From NCBI RefSeq assembly GCF_009914755.1, contig NC_060926.1: a DNA stretch of 64,000 bases, one strand, 5' to 3'. The notes below the pieces were generated by a model. That model was given only the letters and a program-made list of their open reading frames with translations. It was not told the DNA's origin and did not search any database. How positions within the stretch are numbered: position 1 is the first letter of the stretch; every line of letters starts with the position of its first letter. The DNA is from the human T2T-CHM13v2.0 reference genome, Homo sapiens. Of the stretch, positions 45,854 to 59,546 are shown piece by piece. Position numbers and translations under genes: made by a program.

Positions 45854-46011
45854 AATTTGAGAGCTGAATGACACAAAAGGTCTTGGAATGACAAAAAAAC
45901 AAGGAGTCTGGGCAGGCCAAGTTTAAAGATCAATAAGGAAATAAGTATTCAAAAAGAAAATAAACATGGGCAGTACACCTGGGAGTGACCCAAGATAGAG
46001 ATATAAGAAAA
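45854..46011 (+). repeat. Direct duplication, copy 2 (158 bp)
   Basis: Near-identical to 44269-44437. Confidence 0.97.
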
Positions 46012-46414
46012 AGATAAAAAGGGGAAAGCTTTTCCCCTCCATAAAATATAAATAGTAATAATATATGTAAGTAATAATAATGAAAGTGATAGTAATAGCA
46101 ACATTAAATATCCCTGTTATTTTTTTGAAATCTTCTAAGTTCCAGGATTTATGCTAAGTAATTTAAAAATATTAACATTAATTCTTGATTTCTTTGAAGG
46201 TTTTTAAATCAAAAGCCTGAAGAAATTATACATACAACTTTTAATAGTAAACTAAATTTATGTTGTATTATTTGATTCTATGATTCTATGTATTCAACTA
46301 TGCAGATGTAATCGTGTTTAAGTTACCATTTTATATAATTATAAAAAATTAAAAATATCTAGAGTGCCCATATCTCAAACAGTAGAAATAAGCCAAGTTT
46401 ACGCTATTGGATGA

Positions 46415-46728
<314 letters not shown>

Positions 46729-46849
46729 AACCATTTCTAAGTAGTGAGATTCATGTTAATACTTCATATTTACCTATAAATTTTGTATCAGTAGAAGAAA
46801 ACAAATGCAAGAAGTGTTAGAATATGTGATAGAAAATTAATAATCATGG

Positions 46850-47330
46850 ACTGGAAAAATACAAGTAAAAAATATTTTCATCCAACAACATGGTTAAAAA
46901 TATGAGGGTCTGATTTAAATTAAATATTATCAACAGGATGTGGAACTCTTCTCTCACTTATTGCTTGTATGTATGTGAATTTGTGTAGCCATTTTGCAGA
47001 GTAATTTGAAAATATCTGTTAAAATTTAAGATTCTTATGTACCATAAATGTGCCTAAGGAGACACATTTAAGAATGTTTAATAGGAAAGACATAGGAAAT
47101 ACATATTTTCTTCTTAAGAATATTGATAATGTATTCATATTATGGTATATAAACATCACAAAATGTAGACTGCTAAGAGGAATCTGGTAGATCTACATGT
47201 GCTAACATTTAAGGATTGCCAAGACCTGTTTATGAAGATGAAATGAAAAATTTACAGGAGACCTACAGATTTGATACCAGTGGTTACAACTAGGGAGGGA
47301 CCCAAGGGAGGCAAGGTGGCCACGGCTGAT
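46850..47330 (+). mobile_element. Ancient L1ME-type fragment
   Basis: AGGATGTGGAACTC...TGTGAATTTGTGTAGCCATTTTGCAGAGTAATTTG. Confidence 0.55.
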
Positions 47331-47657
47331 GTGAGGATTTTAAAGCCAAGATCCTCTGCAAATATTCTACGGGGAACAGGTCAGGCTATAAGTGCCATAA
47401 GACAGAGTTAAAATGTTCTCAGATGGTTTGCTGCTCATGAGGGCTTCATACACGTGTTCTATTTTCATCCTCCTTTGGAAATTAGATTTATTGGTAAAAC
47501 ATAATTTCCATATAACTACTTCTCTCTGAAAGCATAAATTGCTTATTCCCCATGCTGTGTGCTACAGAGATATGGAAAAAAAAATGACGTATTTTCCCGG
47601 CTCTTAGGGAGCTACACAGTGGAGATGGGTACAGGGTGGGGAGAAATACTATCTCAT

Positions 47658-47864
47658 ATAGCTGACATTTAGAGAGTGTGCAAGCACTGTTAGAGATTCC
47701 CTATATTAACTTATGCAGTCATTACCACAACAGATGAAGAAACAAAATATGGAGACATTAAGCAGTTTGTTCAATGCCCAACAGTAAATGACAAAACTGG
47801 GATTTGAACCCAAAGAAGTCTGGTGCCAGAACCTGCCTTTTTAACTACAATCCTATACAGCCTC
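47658..47864 (-). mobile_element. MIR
   Basis: ACAGATGAAGAAAC...CTGGGATTTGAACCCA...TCTGGTGCCAGAACCTG. Confidence 0.75.
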
Positions 47865-47889
47865 TTAACTATAACTCTATTAATTATCT

Positions 47890-48400
47890 ATACAGTATAG
47901 TGCTAAAAAATGCTAAAAGTGGGTATAGGACTGGAATAAAGAAATTTCACTGCATGGGATGGTTTGAAGACCAGGAGCCGTAATAAAGAGAGAGAAAGGA
48001 ATCAAAGCTACTTGAGTCAGATTCTGGATGACATTTGATTGCACTGATGGGTTTTGCCTGAACTGAGCATTCACTGAAGGGTTTTGAGGAGAGCTGTGTT
48101 TTGATCTCACCTGAGTTTTACAGAAGTTACTATGCTGGTGGTATTAACCCCTTATATCGTAGAGGCAAGAAATTACAGCTTCTCCACTTAAGAGTCCACT
48201 GGGGGAACCATGTAAAAAGGAAAATGAGACTCCAAGCTCTTGTGAGAATGGAGAGAAAACATGAAATATGATTTTTAAGGGACCAACCTGACAGAACTTT
48301 GAAAGTCAAGATGAAGCCAGTGGCTGGATTGAAGATGATTCTAGCTTAATGGAGGATATCACTCTTCAAATAGATGGGAATACAAATGGAGCTGATTTAG
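47890..48400 (-). mobile_element. L2 fragment
   Basis: CACTGAAGGGTTTTGAG...TGATCTCACCTGAGTTTTA...GAATGGAGAG; degraded. Confidence 0.45.
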
Positions 48401-48837
48401 CACATGAGAAAGCTCTCAGGGATCAGGTAAGAAGTTAATTTTTCTTTTTGTATTTAGTAGTTCCTGTAAAAGTTCTCTTTGGAAAAGTAATTAATACCTG
48501 GTTTACAGAACTGAAAGTATTACTTATTTCAAATTTTAGTGAGGAAATGGGCAAGGAACTATAAAATGTAAAATATTTAAAACTTTTTTTTATGTCTATA
48601 CCCTTATTCCATCCCCCTGTACACTACAAGTCAGAAATTTCTTAGGCATTCAGTTTCCATTAGAAACTGGTCTGTAACCTTCTACGTGATGTTTCTCTTA
48701 GAGTGAAGAGACCTTTACCTACACTGTGGTGCACCAGAGTTTAAAGTTGGAGAGTTCAATTATATGAAATTTAACTGTACCCTGTAGATTTCGAGAGATA
48801 CGTTTTAATATCAGTTGGTAGGATGTAATACCACGTT

Positions 48838-49222
48838 TGCGGCAGTAGTCCCTCTAGTACTATTCTCCATATACTTCCTATGTAAACCTAGTAGGACTGT
48901 ATTTCCCCACATCTCTGAAGTTAGATTTGGCCAATGCCATTTCTAGTGAAATGTGAAATAGATATGTCTGTCGCTTCCAGGGAAAGCCATTAAGAGCTGG
49001 TGTACAATTTACAAAATTTATTTTCCCCTACTCTGGACCCAGTGACATTCACAATGGTGGAGAATATTTTTGCCTGCATCCTTGAGAAAGGACAAATGTG
49101 GAACAAAGCTTCCATCTCATTCTTATTACTGTTAAAAATATAAAAGAAATATAGTTTTAAGCCACTGAGATTTTGGTGATTTTTGTCACCACCACATAAT
49201 CTAGCCTATTCTAACTGATATA
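48838..49222 (+). mobile_element. MLT1J-like MaLR solo LTR
   Basis: GAAGTTAGATTTGGCCA...TTTTAAGCCACTGAGATTTTGG...CATAATCTAGCCTATTCTAACTGATATA. Confidence 0.75.
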
Positions 49223-51759
49223 CTAACTGCTGTGGTTTTTCTCCTTAAACTTGCCCTTGACAGGTTTTTCTGGACACCGTTATTATCCTTTCTCCCTCCC
49301 CCAGCCCATGGAGGTCTATCTTATTTCCCAGTTCCTTACAAATATCTTATTATCCTAATCATGAATAAACAAGTAAAAATAGCTTTAACTGGTTCTGTGA
49401 ATTATTTCATCTAAGATTCAGCTTTTTATGGGGCAGTTTCCAAAGTAATTAAAATATTTAGCACTTTGTCAACAATAGAAACTAGTAAATCCTTCCTCAA
49501 GGTTTCCAAGCTCCTTCCAAATGGGGAAAAAGGTTAAATTTGGGAGAAAGTGGATAAAGTGTTCTTCCATGCAGACATCTTTACATGTGATTTTATAAGG
49601 CTTTATACACTTTATACAAAATTAAATATAAATAGTCTTCCCCAAATATAGAGTTTATAGGATATCTTACAGGGAGAAATCCAAAATCAAACTAGGAAAA
49701 CAAATACAAAAATAGTAGTAGTCACTTAAATAAAAATTAAATCCAATGAAAGAATGAATGGAAGAAAAAGCAAATAACCCTAGTAAATGTGCATGAACAC
49801 GCAGAGTTCTTATTTAATCCCATCAGGTCTTATGGTATTTATCCTTTGGGGCTCATGAAATGGAACAGTTTAAAATGGTCACTGACCACAGGCAGGATTA
49901 GCACATTTTTATATTTGTAACCCAAAACATTTAGTTTTTGGATTTTATCAGGCATAATATAAAAGTGATTAGTGTTATGGCACCTCAGAAGTTAGAAGTT
50001 GTTTATGCATGGTCTGTGATAAACAGACCCCAGAAAGTAGCTGGAATAGGGCCGAGGCAGGCAATTCAATATGTAGACATACTTTCATATGCTGCAAGGA
50101 AAAATTCTATGACCTCTTCCAAATCCATTGATCGCAATCCCAGAAAATAATAACTGTTCTGCAAAATCTTCCTATAAAATACACAATATTTAAACAACCA
50201 CTAATCTTTTTGAATTGTACAGAAAACTATTCCATCTCACATATGACCCCTCTCCTTGTATATGTGTGTATATTTGCAACAAATTACAACTTTGTTTTAA
50301 GCTTGGTTCTAAATTAATGTACTGTGGTAAAAAACAAAAATCTGGCAAAAACTCCCATTGTTTTAAAAATGCAACTGACATAAGCACTGTCATGAAAAAT
50401 GTCATTTGATTTAGGGTCACCTTACAGGCAAGTAATCAATAAATTATGTAGTCAAATATGTCCATCTCTGAAACAGCCCTTTTGGCTTATTGTGCGTCTG
50501 AGAGCATAATGGATTTGTTACTAAATTCTTACCTTGTACTACAGGATTTCGCCTTTAATAAACATGCAAGTCTAGCTTATCTTTGCTATATAGTTTTATT
50601 TTCATTACTAAAATTGAACCTATGTATCATCTTTCTTCCTATGTTACATGATAGATCTCAGAGGTGTTAACAAGAGCTTCTACTCATGCAGTGAAATGCT
50701 GAAAGGTGGTACTTTTACTCTGAGCTGTTTATTACTCCCAACATACAGCCAATTATTTTTGTAATCAAAGAATTTTAAAACCTCCAACATTAACATAAAT
50801 GCATTAGTAGGTCACATTTCAACCTTGACAAGAATACTGCAAGATGTGTTTGCCAATATACTACACAGAACTCCCCATCTGTATGTGGTAAGCCCTTTTA
50901 TTCACTTGAAAAACAAAAAGCCAGTAGCTGATATTAACAAACTGTTGATATTTCTTGGAGAGCTGTGACTTTTTTTTTTTTTTACAGTGTTCTGGCTGTA
51001 ATTTTGAACTGACTTAAGTCTATGAGCTTTTATATGCCTGCAGAATTATGTTTTCTTTTCTATTTGCCAGGTGATATGCAATTAGAGAGTCTTGTTTATT
51101 ATCTCATAGCCATATCCCTTTGAACAACAGAGTGTGTTAAAGTACAGAGTATAGAGCTACTGAAAATACATATTTTGAATTATGTTTATTAATACTGGAA
51201 TGTTTTATATTTGACACACTACAATCTACACAAATGTATATTTTAAGCACAAATATATATAATATTCAGATATAAATGTTTTTAAGATGACCAATAATTT
51301 TATCTGTATAACACTGGATAAATAACACTTGATGCCAAACTTTAAAAAAAAATCTTGCTGTATCTTTATGCATATTCAATTTCCCAATAAACACTATCAC
51401 TTCTTACTACAAATTACTAAGATTGGTTCCTTTCTTTGTCATAACAGGCAAATCTGTAGATTGAGCTTCAGTTGTAACAGAAATTGCTTTTATTCAAGCT
51501 TTCCTTTTTCCCTCTCTTTCTTGTCATTAACCTTTCTTGCTGGCTAACATGATCCCCTCATTCCATGAACATAACAGCTTGGAGTGTTGGATCTGAGATG
51601 TACCAGCTATCTGAAGAGTATAAGCTGAATGTGGGGTTAGGATAAGACTTGTTTTTTGAGCTTAAAAAAAATAGGAAGGATCAAAACCAAAAACAAAGCC
51701 AAAGATTACTCAACTGACGTGTAAGTCTAAAACTCGAGTTAGAAAAACCAACGTCTCTC

Positions 51760-52060
51760 CATCCAGCTATCCATTCAACAAATTTGCATCATATCAGTGA
51801 ATGAGAGAGAGAAGGTTTCTATTCTCTTAGACAAAGATTCTAGAGAGAAGAACTGAAAGACAGTAAACATGTTTTAACAATGACATCAAATAGGACAATT
51901 TTACATAGAGTGACTGGTTGAAGGCAGGAGAGGGAGTGCTGGGTTATTTTACATAGGATTGTCAGGGAAAGCCCTCTGGAGTCACGGCATAGTTTTTGAA
52001 CTGACAAGTAAATGATGAGAAGGAAGTAGTCATGGAAAAGAGTTGGAAGAAGAAAGAAGA
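51760..52060 (-). mobile_element. L2 fragment
   Basis: ATCCATTCAACAAATT...GTCAGGGAAAGCCCTCTGGAG...AATGATGAGAAGGAAG. Confidence 0.5.
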
Positions 52061-52078
52061 GTCATGGATAATCCGTTA

Positions 52079-52773
52079 CCTTATTTCACCTATTCTAAGG
52101 TGCACACCTTTTCATATTTTAATATCCATGAAATTAAGGTACATGTTATTTTAATAATTGCTATTAGCTGGATGGTAGTTGTGATTTTGTAGTAACTCTC
52201 AGCACGTACCTGTTATTTCCAGCAGCATGAGGGAATAATATCAATGCCTTGACATTTAAGCTAACAAACCATTTTAAGGACTATTTGAGGAATAAATAGG
52301 AGTTGATAGGAGTTTGTTTTATAAAAAACTTAGACTAACATCATCTACAAGATTAAGAATTCACCAGCATTAACCTTGTAGAATGTTTGTCAGCAGTGTG
52401 GAAGAAAGCCCAAGAACTAAGTGGGTACGCCCTTTTGATAACTGCCCTATCACCAATGCTCTTAACAGCACAGCAAATGCAAATGGAGAACTGAAAAGTG
52501 ACTACCAGTTACATTATAAATGTAAGGAAGTTTTAAGAATAGCTTAAACAGTCTATTTTGCTCATTATTTTGTATTTTCATGTATGAACAAGAGTGACGT
52601 GAAAAATTCCTGTCTAAATGATTCTAATATCAAAAGTCTCTCTGAATATGTAGGAAAAAAGTCCTAAGTAACAAGAAGAATTACATTATAGTTTATCAAC
52701 TTTTTTTTTCTATTTTAACAGTTCATAAAATACTATCTTAAAATGGATGGTGTCTTAGACAATAAGAAATCAC
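52079..52773 (+). mobile_element. Ancient Tigger (Tigger12/13-like) DNA transposon
   Basis: TA then CCTTATTTCACCTATTCTAAGGTGCAC...GATGGTGTCTTAGACAATAAGAAAT: degenerate TIRs; pogo transposase-like remnant AACAAACCATTTTAAGGACTATTTG. Confidence 0.6.
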
Positions 52774-52779
52774 TGCACT

Positions 52780-53760
52780 TTCCAAGGCACTGTTAAATAG
52801 TGGTGAACAAGGGTCCCAACCTTTACTGAGTTTTCTTTCTAGTGGGAAATAAAAATAATATAACTGAGTAAATTAATACATTGTTAATTGTACATTGTGT
52901 TAATTTCTAAGAAAACAATAATAAAAACAATTATGCACAGTGCATACAACTGCTTACGAGGAGGTAGAATGTGATGGAGAATCTCATTTATATTATGGGG
53001 TGGTGTGGATTGTCAAAAAAACCTTGTCAGAGGATATAACCTTTAAACTAAGACTTTGAAGCAAGGGGAGTCAGTCATATGAAAGTTAGTAGGAAAGTAT
53101 TTCACAGGGAAAAAAGACATATGCAAGGTATATTCTGTTTAGTATATTCTGGGAATGAAAGAGTGTTTAGTATATTCTGGGAATGAAAAGATTTGTGAGA
53201 TTGTGAATAAATGTATAACAATAGATGAAGTGGTTTGGAGGTGAGAAATGAGGTTCAGGAATTTAGCTTTGGAGATGTTAAAATAGAATATATGTCAGTT
53301 ATTCCACGTAAATTATAGGTGTACATTTGGATTTTTGAGTCTGAGATTCATAGGAGAATTCTGATATAATACTGGGGAACTTTTGCATATGAATGAAGTT
53401 GGCACAATATTTATAGGTCTGCTAGAGGAAGACAAGACGGCAAAGCAGACTTTTAAAACATCTGGGAAGGAGAGAAGGGAATTTAAAGAATGTAGAATTA
53501 CGAGAAGGCAGGAGAGAAAGTCTCGCAACAAAGGATAAATAACTTGTTGACAGATGATGGGATATAACTTATCCATTGGATGTGACTACATGGAAGTCAC
53601 TGATATTTTTTAAAAAAGAGTTTGGTTAAACAATGTTAAGATGAAATTGAATGAATATGGGAAAATGATGACCAAATGTGCAGATGAATTTTTCAAGAAG
53701 TTTGGTTGTAAAACAGTGAATAGGTATGGGAAAAGTAAGAGCAATGAGACATAAATTGCT
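52780..53760 (-). mobile_element. L2 fragments
   Basis: CAAGGCACTGTT...AGGAATTTAGCTTTGGAGATGTTAAA...GGAAGTCACTGA; antisense L2 pattern. Confidence 0.55.
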
Positions 53761-53968
53761 TATACTAGGCAAGACTTAGAGCAATTCATCTTCATGAGAT
53801 GGTGTTGGAGATTATGCCTTGTGCTGCCTTGCTGAGTGCAGAAAATGAAAAGGTTCAAGTAGAGGGGAAAAGGTTCAACTGGAGGATAAGAAGTGGTGTA
53901 CAGAGATGCATCCTTTCCTCAATTTCCACAAGTAGATCTGGCTTTTTAGAGGTTGCTCATAATCTAAG

Positions 53969-54278
<310 letters not shown>

Positions 54279-54607
54279 TAACCTAAATTTTAAATTGAAT
54301 ATTGTTCCAATTAGGAGAGGTTGTTTCAAGTTTGCCATTCTCATGGAAACCCCACACTAGATTTCTATGCCATGACTCATAATAGGAAAGACTTGTCCCT
54401 ATTAGTCCTCTAAAGCCCTGTGGCAACTATGGACATCCAAAGGCTGTTGCTAGGAGTCCCATAGCACACACTAAAACTTAAAGGATGACACTTTTGCAAC
54501 CTAGTAGTTTTCCAGGGGTTGGCATGATAACATGGAATTTCAAGAATTTTTACTCAGAAAAGGTTATAGTACATTCATTTGGTATCCAGTAAAATTTAGA
54601 TATTAAT

Positions 54608-54742
54608 ACTACCTATTGGGTACAATGAACACTATTTGGGTGATGGGTGCCCTAAAAGCCCAGACTTCACCACTAAGCAACATATGGGTGTATCACAACT
54701 GTACTCATACCCTATACATCTATAAAAATAAAAAAAAATAAA
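54608..54742 (+). mobile_element. Short L1 3' end (L1PB/L1MA1-like)
   Basis: ACTACCTATTGGGTACAATG...GGGTGATGGGTG...AAAAGCCCAGACTTCACCACT plus poly-A. Confidence 0.8.
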
Positions 54743-55530
54743 AGCACATAAAAGATAAGTTATTTGAATAATCTGTATAATATTTTTTTCATCAAGAGTG
54801 TTAGATACACGTCAAATCGATCACATAAATATAGTAATTGGCTATAGATTATGTTTAGAGGGTGAAACAAAGATAACAGATCTCATTCTACACAGAATAA
54901 AAAAGGAAAATGAAAACATACAACATTGTGGACAGCAGCCAGGGATGTGAGCAGAAATAAGTTGGTAGTATTTCTTTGTTCACGGTCACATAGGTAAGAG
55001 TCACGTATTTATACCAATAAAAATTGATGTACTTAATATATAGCTTTTTTAATATAAAGGAAGTGAATCAAAAATGATCTTAACCAAGGAAGAAAAAGGA
55101 CCAAGGATTAAAGACGTACGTTTATCCGCATCCATCCATTTTCCTCTTCAGGCTACTTGTACCATTATTTTCAAATCTTTGTATGGATATTTTAGGAAAT
55201 ACTTTTTTTCCCCTTGGAAATAGTAAAGTGTCTGAGCTCCAGAGGGTGGTTAAAGAAGATTGATAAGTAATGACTGCTGAATAATAGAACAATGAATGTT
55301 GTGAAGCATTTCCTTTTCATCACGTAATCAATGAGTCTCCAAGTCAAAAGCTTTGCAGTTCAGAAATACTATAGTTGGAGACAATTTGTTCTAGACACAG
55401 GAAGAAAACACCAGCTAGTAACAGCCATCCACTTAGGAGAAAAATACTTTTTCTTTATAAGAACTGCCTTGCTCAAACAACATTAGTATTAGTTGAGACT
55501 TTACCAACAGATAAAACCTAGAAAGAATAA

Positions 55531-55935
<405 letters not shown>

Positions 55936-58900
55936 GTAAGACTGCTTTTTAAAACTACGGAAATAAATATATGTTGATATTTAGTATTATCTAAGATTAT
56001 GAAACATTTTGTTTTAACAATATGTACAATATTTCACAATAAAGAAAGAAGGATTGTGTAGGAAGGCATTTCCATTTCATACTTTTTCTCTCTTTTTTTT
56101 TACTGTTTTGTGTCTAGAGTGCAATTTATTTTAATTGGAGGAACAGATCACATAATATTCTGTATTTAACCTTAACTCTACTCCCTTGCCCCAATTAAGT
56201 AGAACCAGATAAAACTGAAATGCAGTAGTAAGAAATTTCAAGCTTCACAGCCTGCTGAAAAAGGCAAAGGCCCAAGAAAATTGTGATCTTTTGCGGAGGA
56301 AAAGACAAAAAACAGCTGAAGGGAGGTGGTTGCGTCAGTTGGCTATAACTAGGAATGTCTCGGAGCCACGTTAAGCGCCAGTCCTGACATGGCTGAGAGC
56401 ATAACTGTAATCAGCAGGAGACACAAACACACGCATTATTTTTCTTTCTCTCCCCCTTTTATTAGTTACCTTTTCAATTTGTTCTGACTGCATCCTCAGG
56501 AAGAAGAGAAAACAGATACTGATGAGCACTAATTGTCTCCACCACGCCTACTTTAAACATCTGATTTGGCAAGAATTTACCCCAGTCTCTGATATTTCTT
56601 TATGTCTCAATACAGTGTCTGCCACACTTTATCGTAGTACTTTTACATATACTTCCATTCTACTTGCCCTAATTAAAACATATTATAATTGAAAGGAGTG
56701 GTAGGTTGAATGGTACCTGTGCCAAGGATGGAATTTTATAGACAGCAACACATTTTATCTCAGTAACTAGCTTAATTCAATGTTTTTCCATAAAAATTCT
56801 TTTCCTAATAACCCATAGAAACTGCCTAAAGACTTGCTAAGCAGGGAAGTGTGATTACACAACTGCTGTTACAAGTATCTCAATGCCACTGAACTCACCA
56901 AACCCCTAAAAATGAAGAACTTAGAAAAACTTTGCTTTGTGTTTAGATCATCTCTATCTATACTTCTCTATTTTGAAACATTTTCTCCAAACCCAATCCA
57001 GCTTCATGCCCAGATAACTTTATGCCTTTATTTTGCTCAATGGGGCCTTCTTATGTCATCATCCAGCCTGGTTCTCCCCTCTTTGACCAGCATACCAGAT
57101 ATTTCCTAACTTACTTCCTCAGTGACTGCTTAACTGTTTTATCCACTATCTCCTCAAAAGCTGTCCTATCCTCGGTTATACTTAGTCAATGTGATATTAA
57201 TCTTTGTCACTGTGTACTAATACATAAGACCCGTCAAACATTGGAAGTATTACTCTAGTGAGAAAAATTTCATAAGCCAAACATGAGAAAGTCAAATGAA
57301 TTTCTCTATGAGAACAGAGGCTTTAAGCTAAATGGGGTACAAAATTTTAATAGAGAAGATCTTTGTTTCCATGATATGATTGTAAATGACTATACAAAGG
57401 ACCTAACCAAATTATATCTCCTAACATAAGCACTGAAATTATTGATAGGTTTAGGTTTTAGAAGACATAATGGTGGACAGCAAGGTGAAGATAGTGACTT
57501 ATTGGTTAAAACATAGTCTGCATAATTTTTAAAGTAAGTTCCTGGCCATAGATATTTTGTCATTAATAAATTAAAAGAAATGACTGGTTAATGTGAAAAC
57601 TTTAATATAATATGGATATATTCTGTCCAGTTACAAAAATATATTTTGCCTAACTTCATTAATTAAAAGAATTCAACGTTACAGTTTTTTTAGGACACAA
57701 AAGTATAACACTACCACCAAAGCAATGAAAAGGATGTTTGTTTTCATTCTAGCCTTGGAAACAATGAGAAGGTTTCATCTGCTGCCCTATTTATGTAAAT
57801 AATGAGATTCTAAAATAAACAGAAAATCATCAGGCTCCACATTAACAGAATGCCTTCAAGCAAAAAAGCATGACAGCCACATATGCTTTAAACTTTGGGA
57901 AACACAAATGTAGAGTGAGGAAGATAAAACCAGTCAAACAATCAGGTTCTACACTTAACTCGCAAAAGTTTTTTTTTTTAAGTCATTTTTCCCATATAGA
58001 GCTCAGTTTATTGGCTAGTTGGTTGGTTTTCATTATCTAGAAGTTAAGGAAGTTTGTCCCTTCCATCTCTAAAATATTATACTTACGAGGAGGTTAAATA
58101 TTACTTAATTAGCATAGCAAATGGCAAAAATACAACAGTAAATAAAGTATACTTTTCTATAATTTCCTCTCAAAAAACAGCTTAATCTTTCTTTATAATA
58201 CATACAGGGGTACATCAGTGACACTTATTTTTCACGTAATTCTAAGGCAACCAGACAGAGATGAAAGAGAAATTTAAGTACCATATTTTCCATCCTCCTG
58301 AAATTCAGGAAAGGTCTGCTTTCAGAAACAACACCATTTAACGTAGGTCACGCACCTGGAATATTCACACAATCCCAATAGAAGCAAGAATGATTCACTA
58401 AGGACAGAAGCAGGGCACTGATGATTTGTTAACTTTCACTGAGACCTTTGCGTGAGTGAACAAATCTTGTTAAATTTCATGCCCTGAACTTCATCTGTAT
58501 GTAGGATTATATTTTTGAATTTCCCCCGAGAATAATCATTGTAACCTTTTATCAAGAGTGGGTTTGTTCTCAGCAGAGGCATCAACCCACCCCCGTAACC
58601 CACTCACCGCAGGGAATAAAACAACCATTGTCCTATGGAGAAGCCGGCAACGTGAACACCAGAGGACTGCACCTGTTTGTTCACTGTTATCAAATGCCAG
58701 GCTGGGGGCTACCCCTGGTAAGAGGGCTTGGACTTCTTAAACCACAGAGCAACATAAACTCTCCTGTAGAAATCTTTTGTGTGCAAACAGAAGTTTAGCA
58801 GCATGCTTTCTTCCTGGGAGGAAGAAAGAGCACGCCTTTTACCATCGGGCCTTCAAGATACATTCATTCTTTGCAAACTGTCTGTTATGAATACTAAGCT

Positions 58901-59490
58901 TCCCATGAGTGTCCAGCTTCAGTTTAAAAGGAAGCAATGAAAGACTCATGAAATGAAAACGGTATGAATATAGCATCAAAACTATGTCTGTCTTGTGAAG
59001 AAGTAATTACTTGAGTCACTTATAGAAAGTTGAAGTGTTCTTGTCAGGTTTAAAATTTCAAATTAGCTTTCTATGGCATATTGAAAAGATAGTTTTGCAG
59101 AATACTTTGTCCTAATCTAAAGCTCCAAAAACAATGAGCTAGGTGTAAGTTTGGGGTGACACAAAGCCTGATTTCAACCTTTAATGAGATGTTAAGAGTT
59201 CAAGGGAGTGGGCTATTTTAATTACTCCCATTTAGTAGGAAAATATATATGTCTCCTAATAGTTTTAAATAATTAAATACACACAGCCATACCAATAAGC
59301 AAATGAAAATATACCTTCATGGGTACATGTAATAGCTCTTCACTTCAGTGCCATCTTTTCTTTATCCTGCCCTCAGTACAGTTTGTGATCTCAAATTCTG
59401 GATATGCAATTTCACAAATCCTAACTGCTGACTGTGGCAGGTATCTCCACAGATACAAACATAGAACTTGACTGTTTATCTTTGGAATAA

Positions 59491-59546
59491 GTGTGTGTGT
59501 GTGTGTGTGTGTGTGTGACAGAGAGAGAGAGAGAGAGACAGAGAGA
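59491..59546. repeat. (GT)n(GA)n compound microsatellite
   Basis: 13 GT units followed by an interrupted GA run. Confidence 0.95.

Noticed and set aside
50533-50698. Possible extra minus-strand exon (CCTTTCAG acceptor, AAG|GTAAGA donor)
   Set aside because: Weak polypyrimidine tract, AT-rich interior, no other support
56200-56550. Possible ancient ERVL-type LTR remnant
   Set aside because: Only a terminal motif resembles an LTR; too degraded to call
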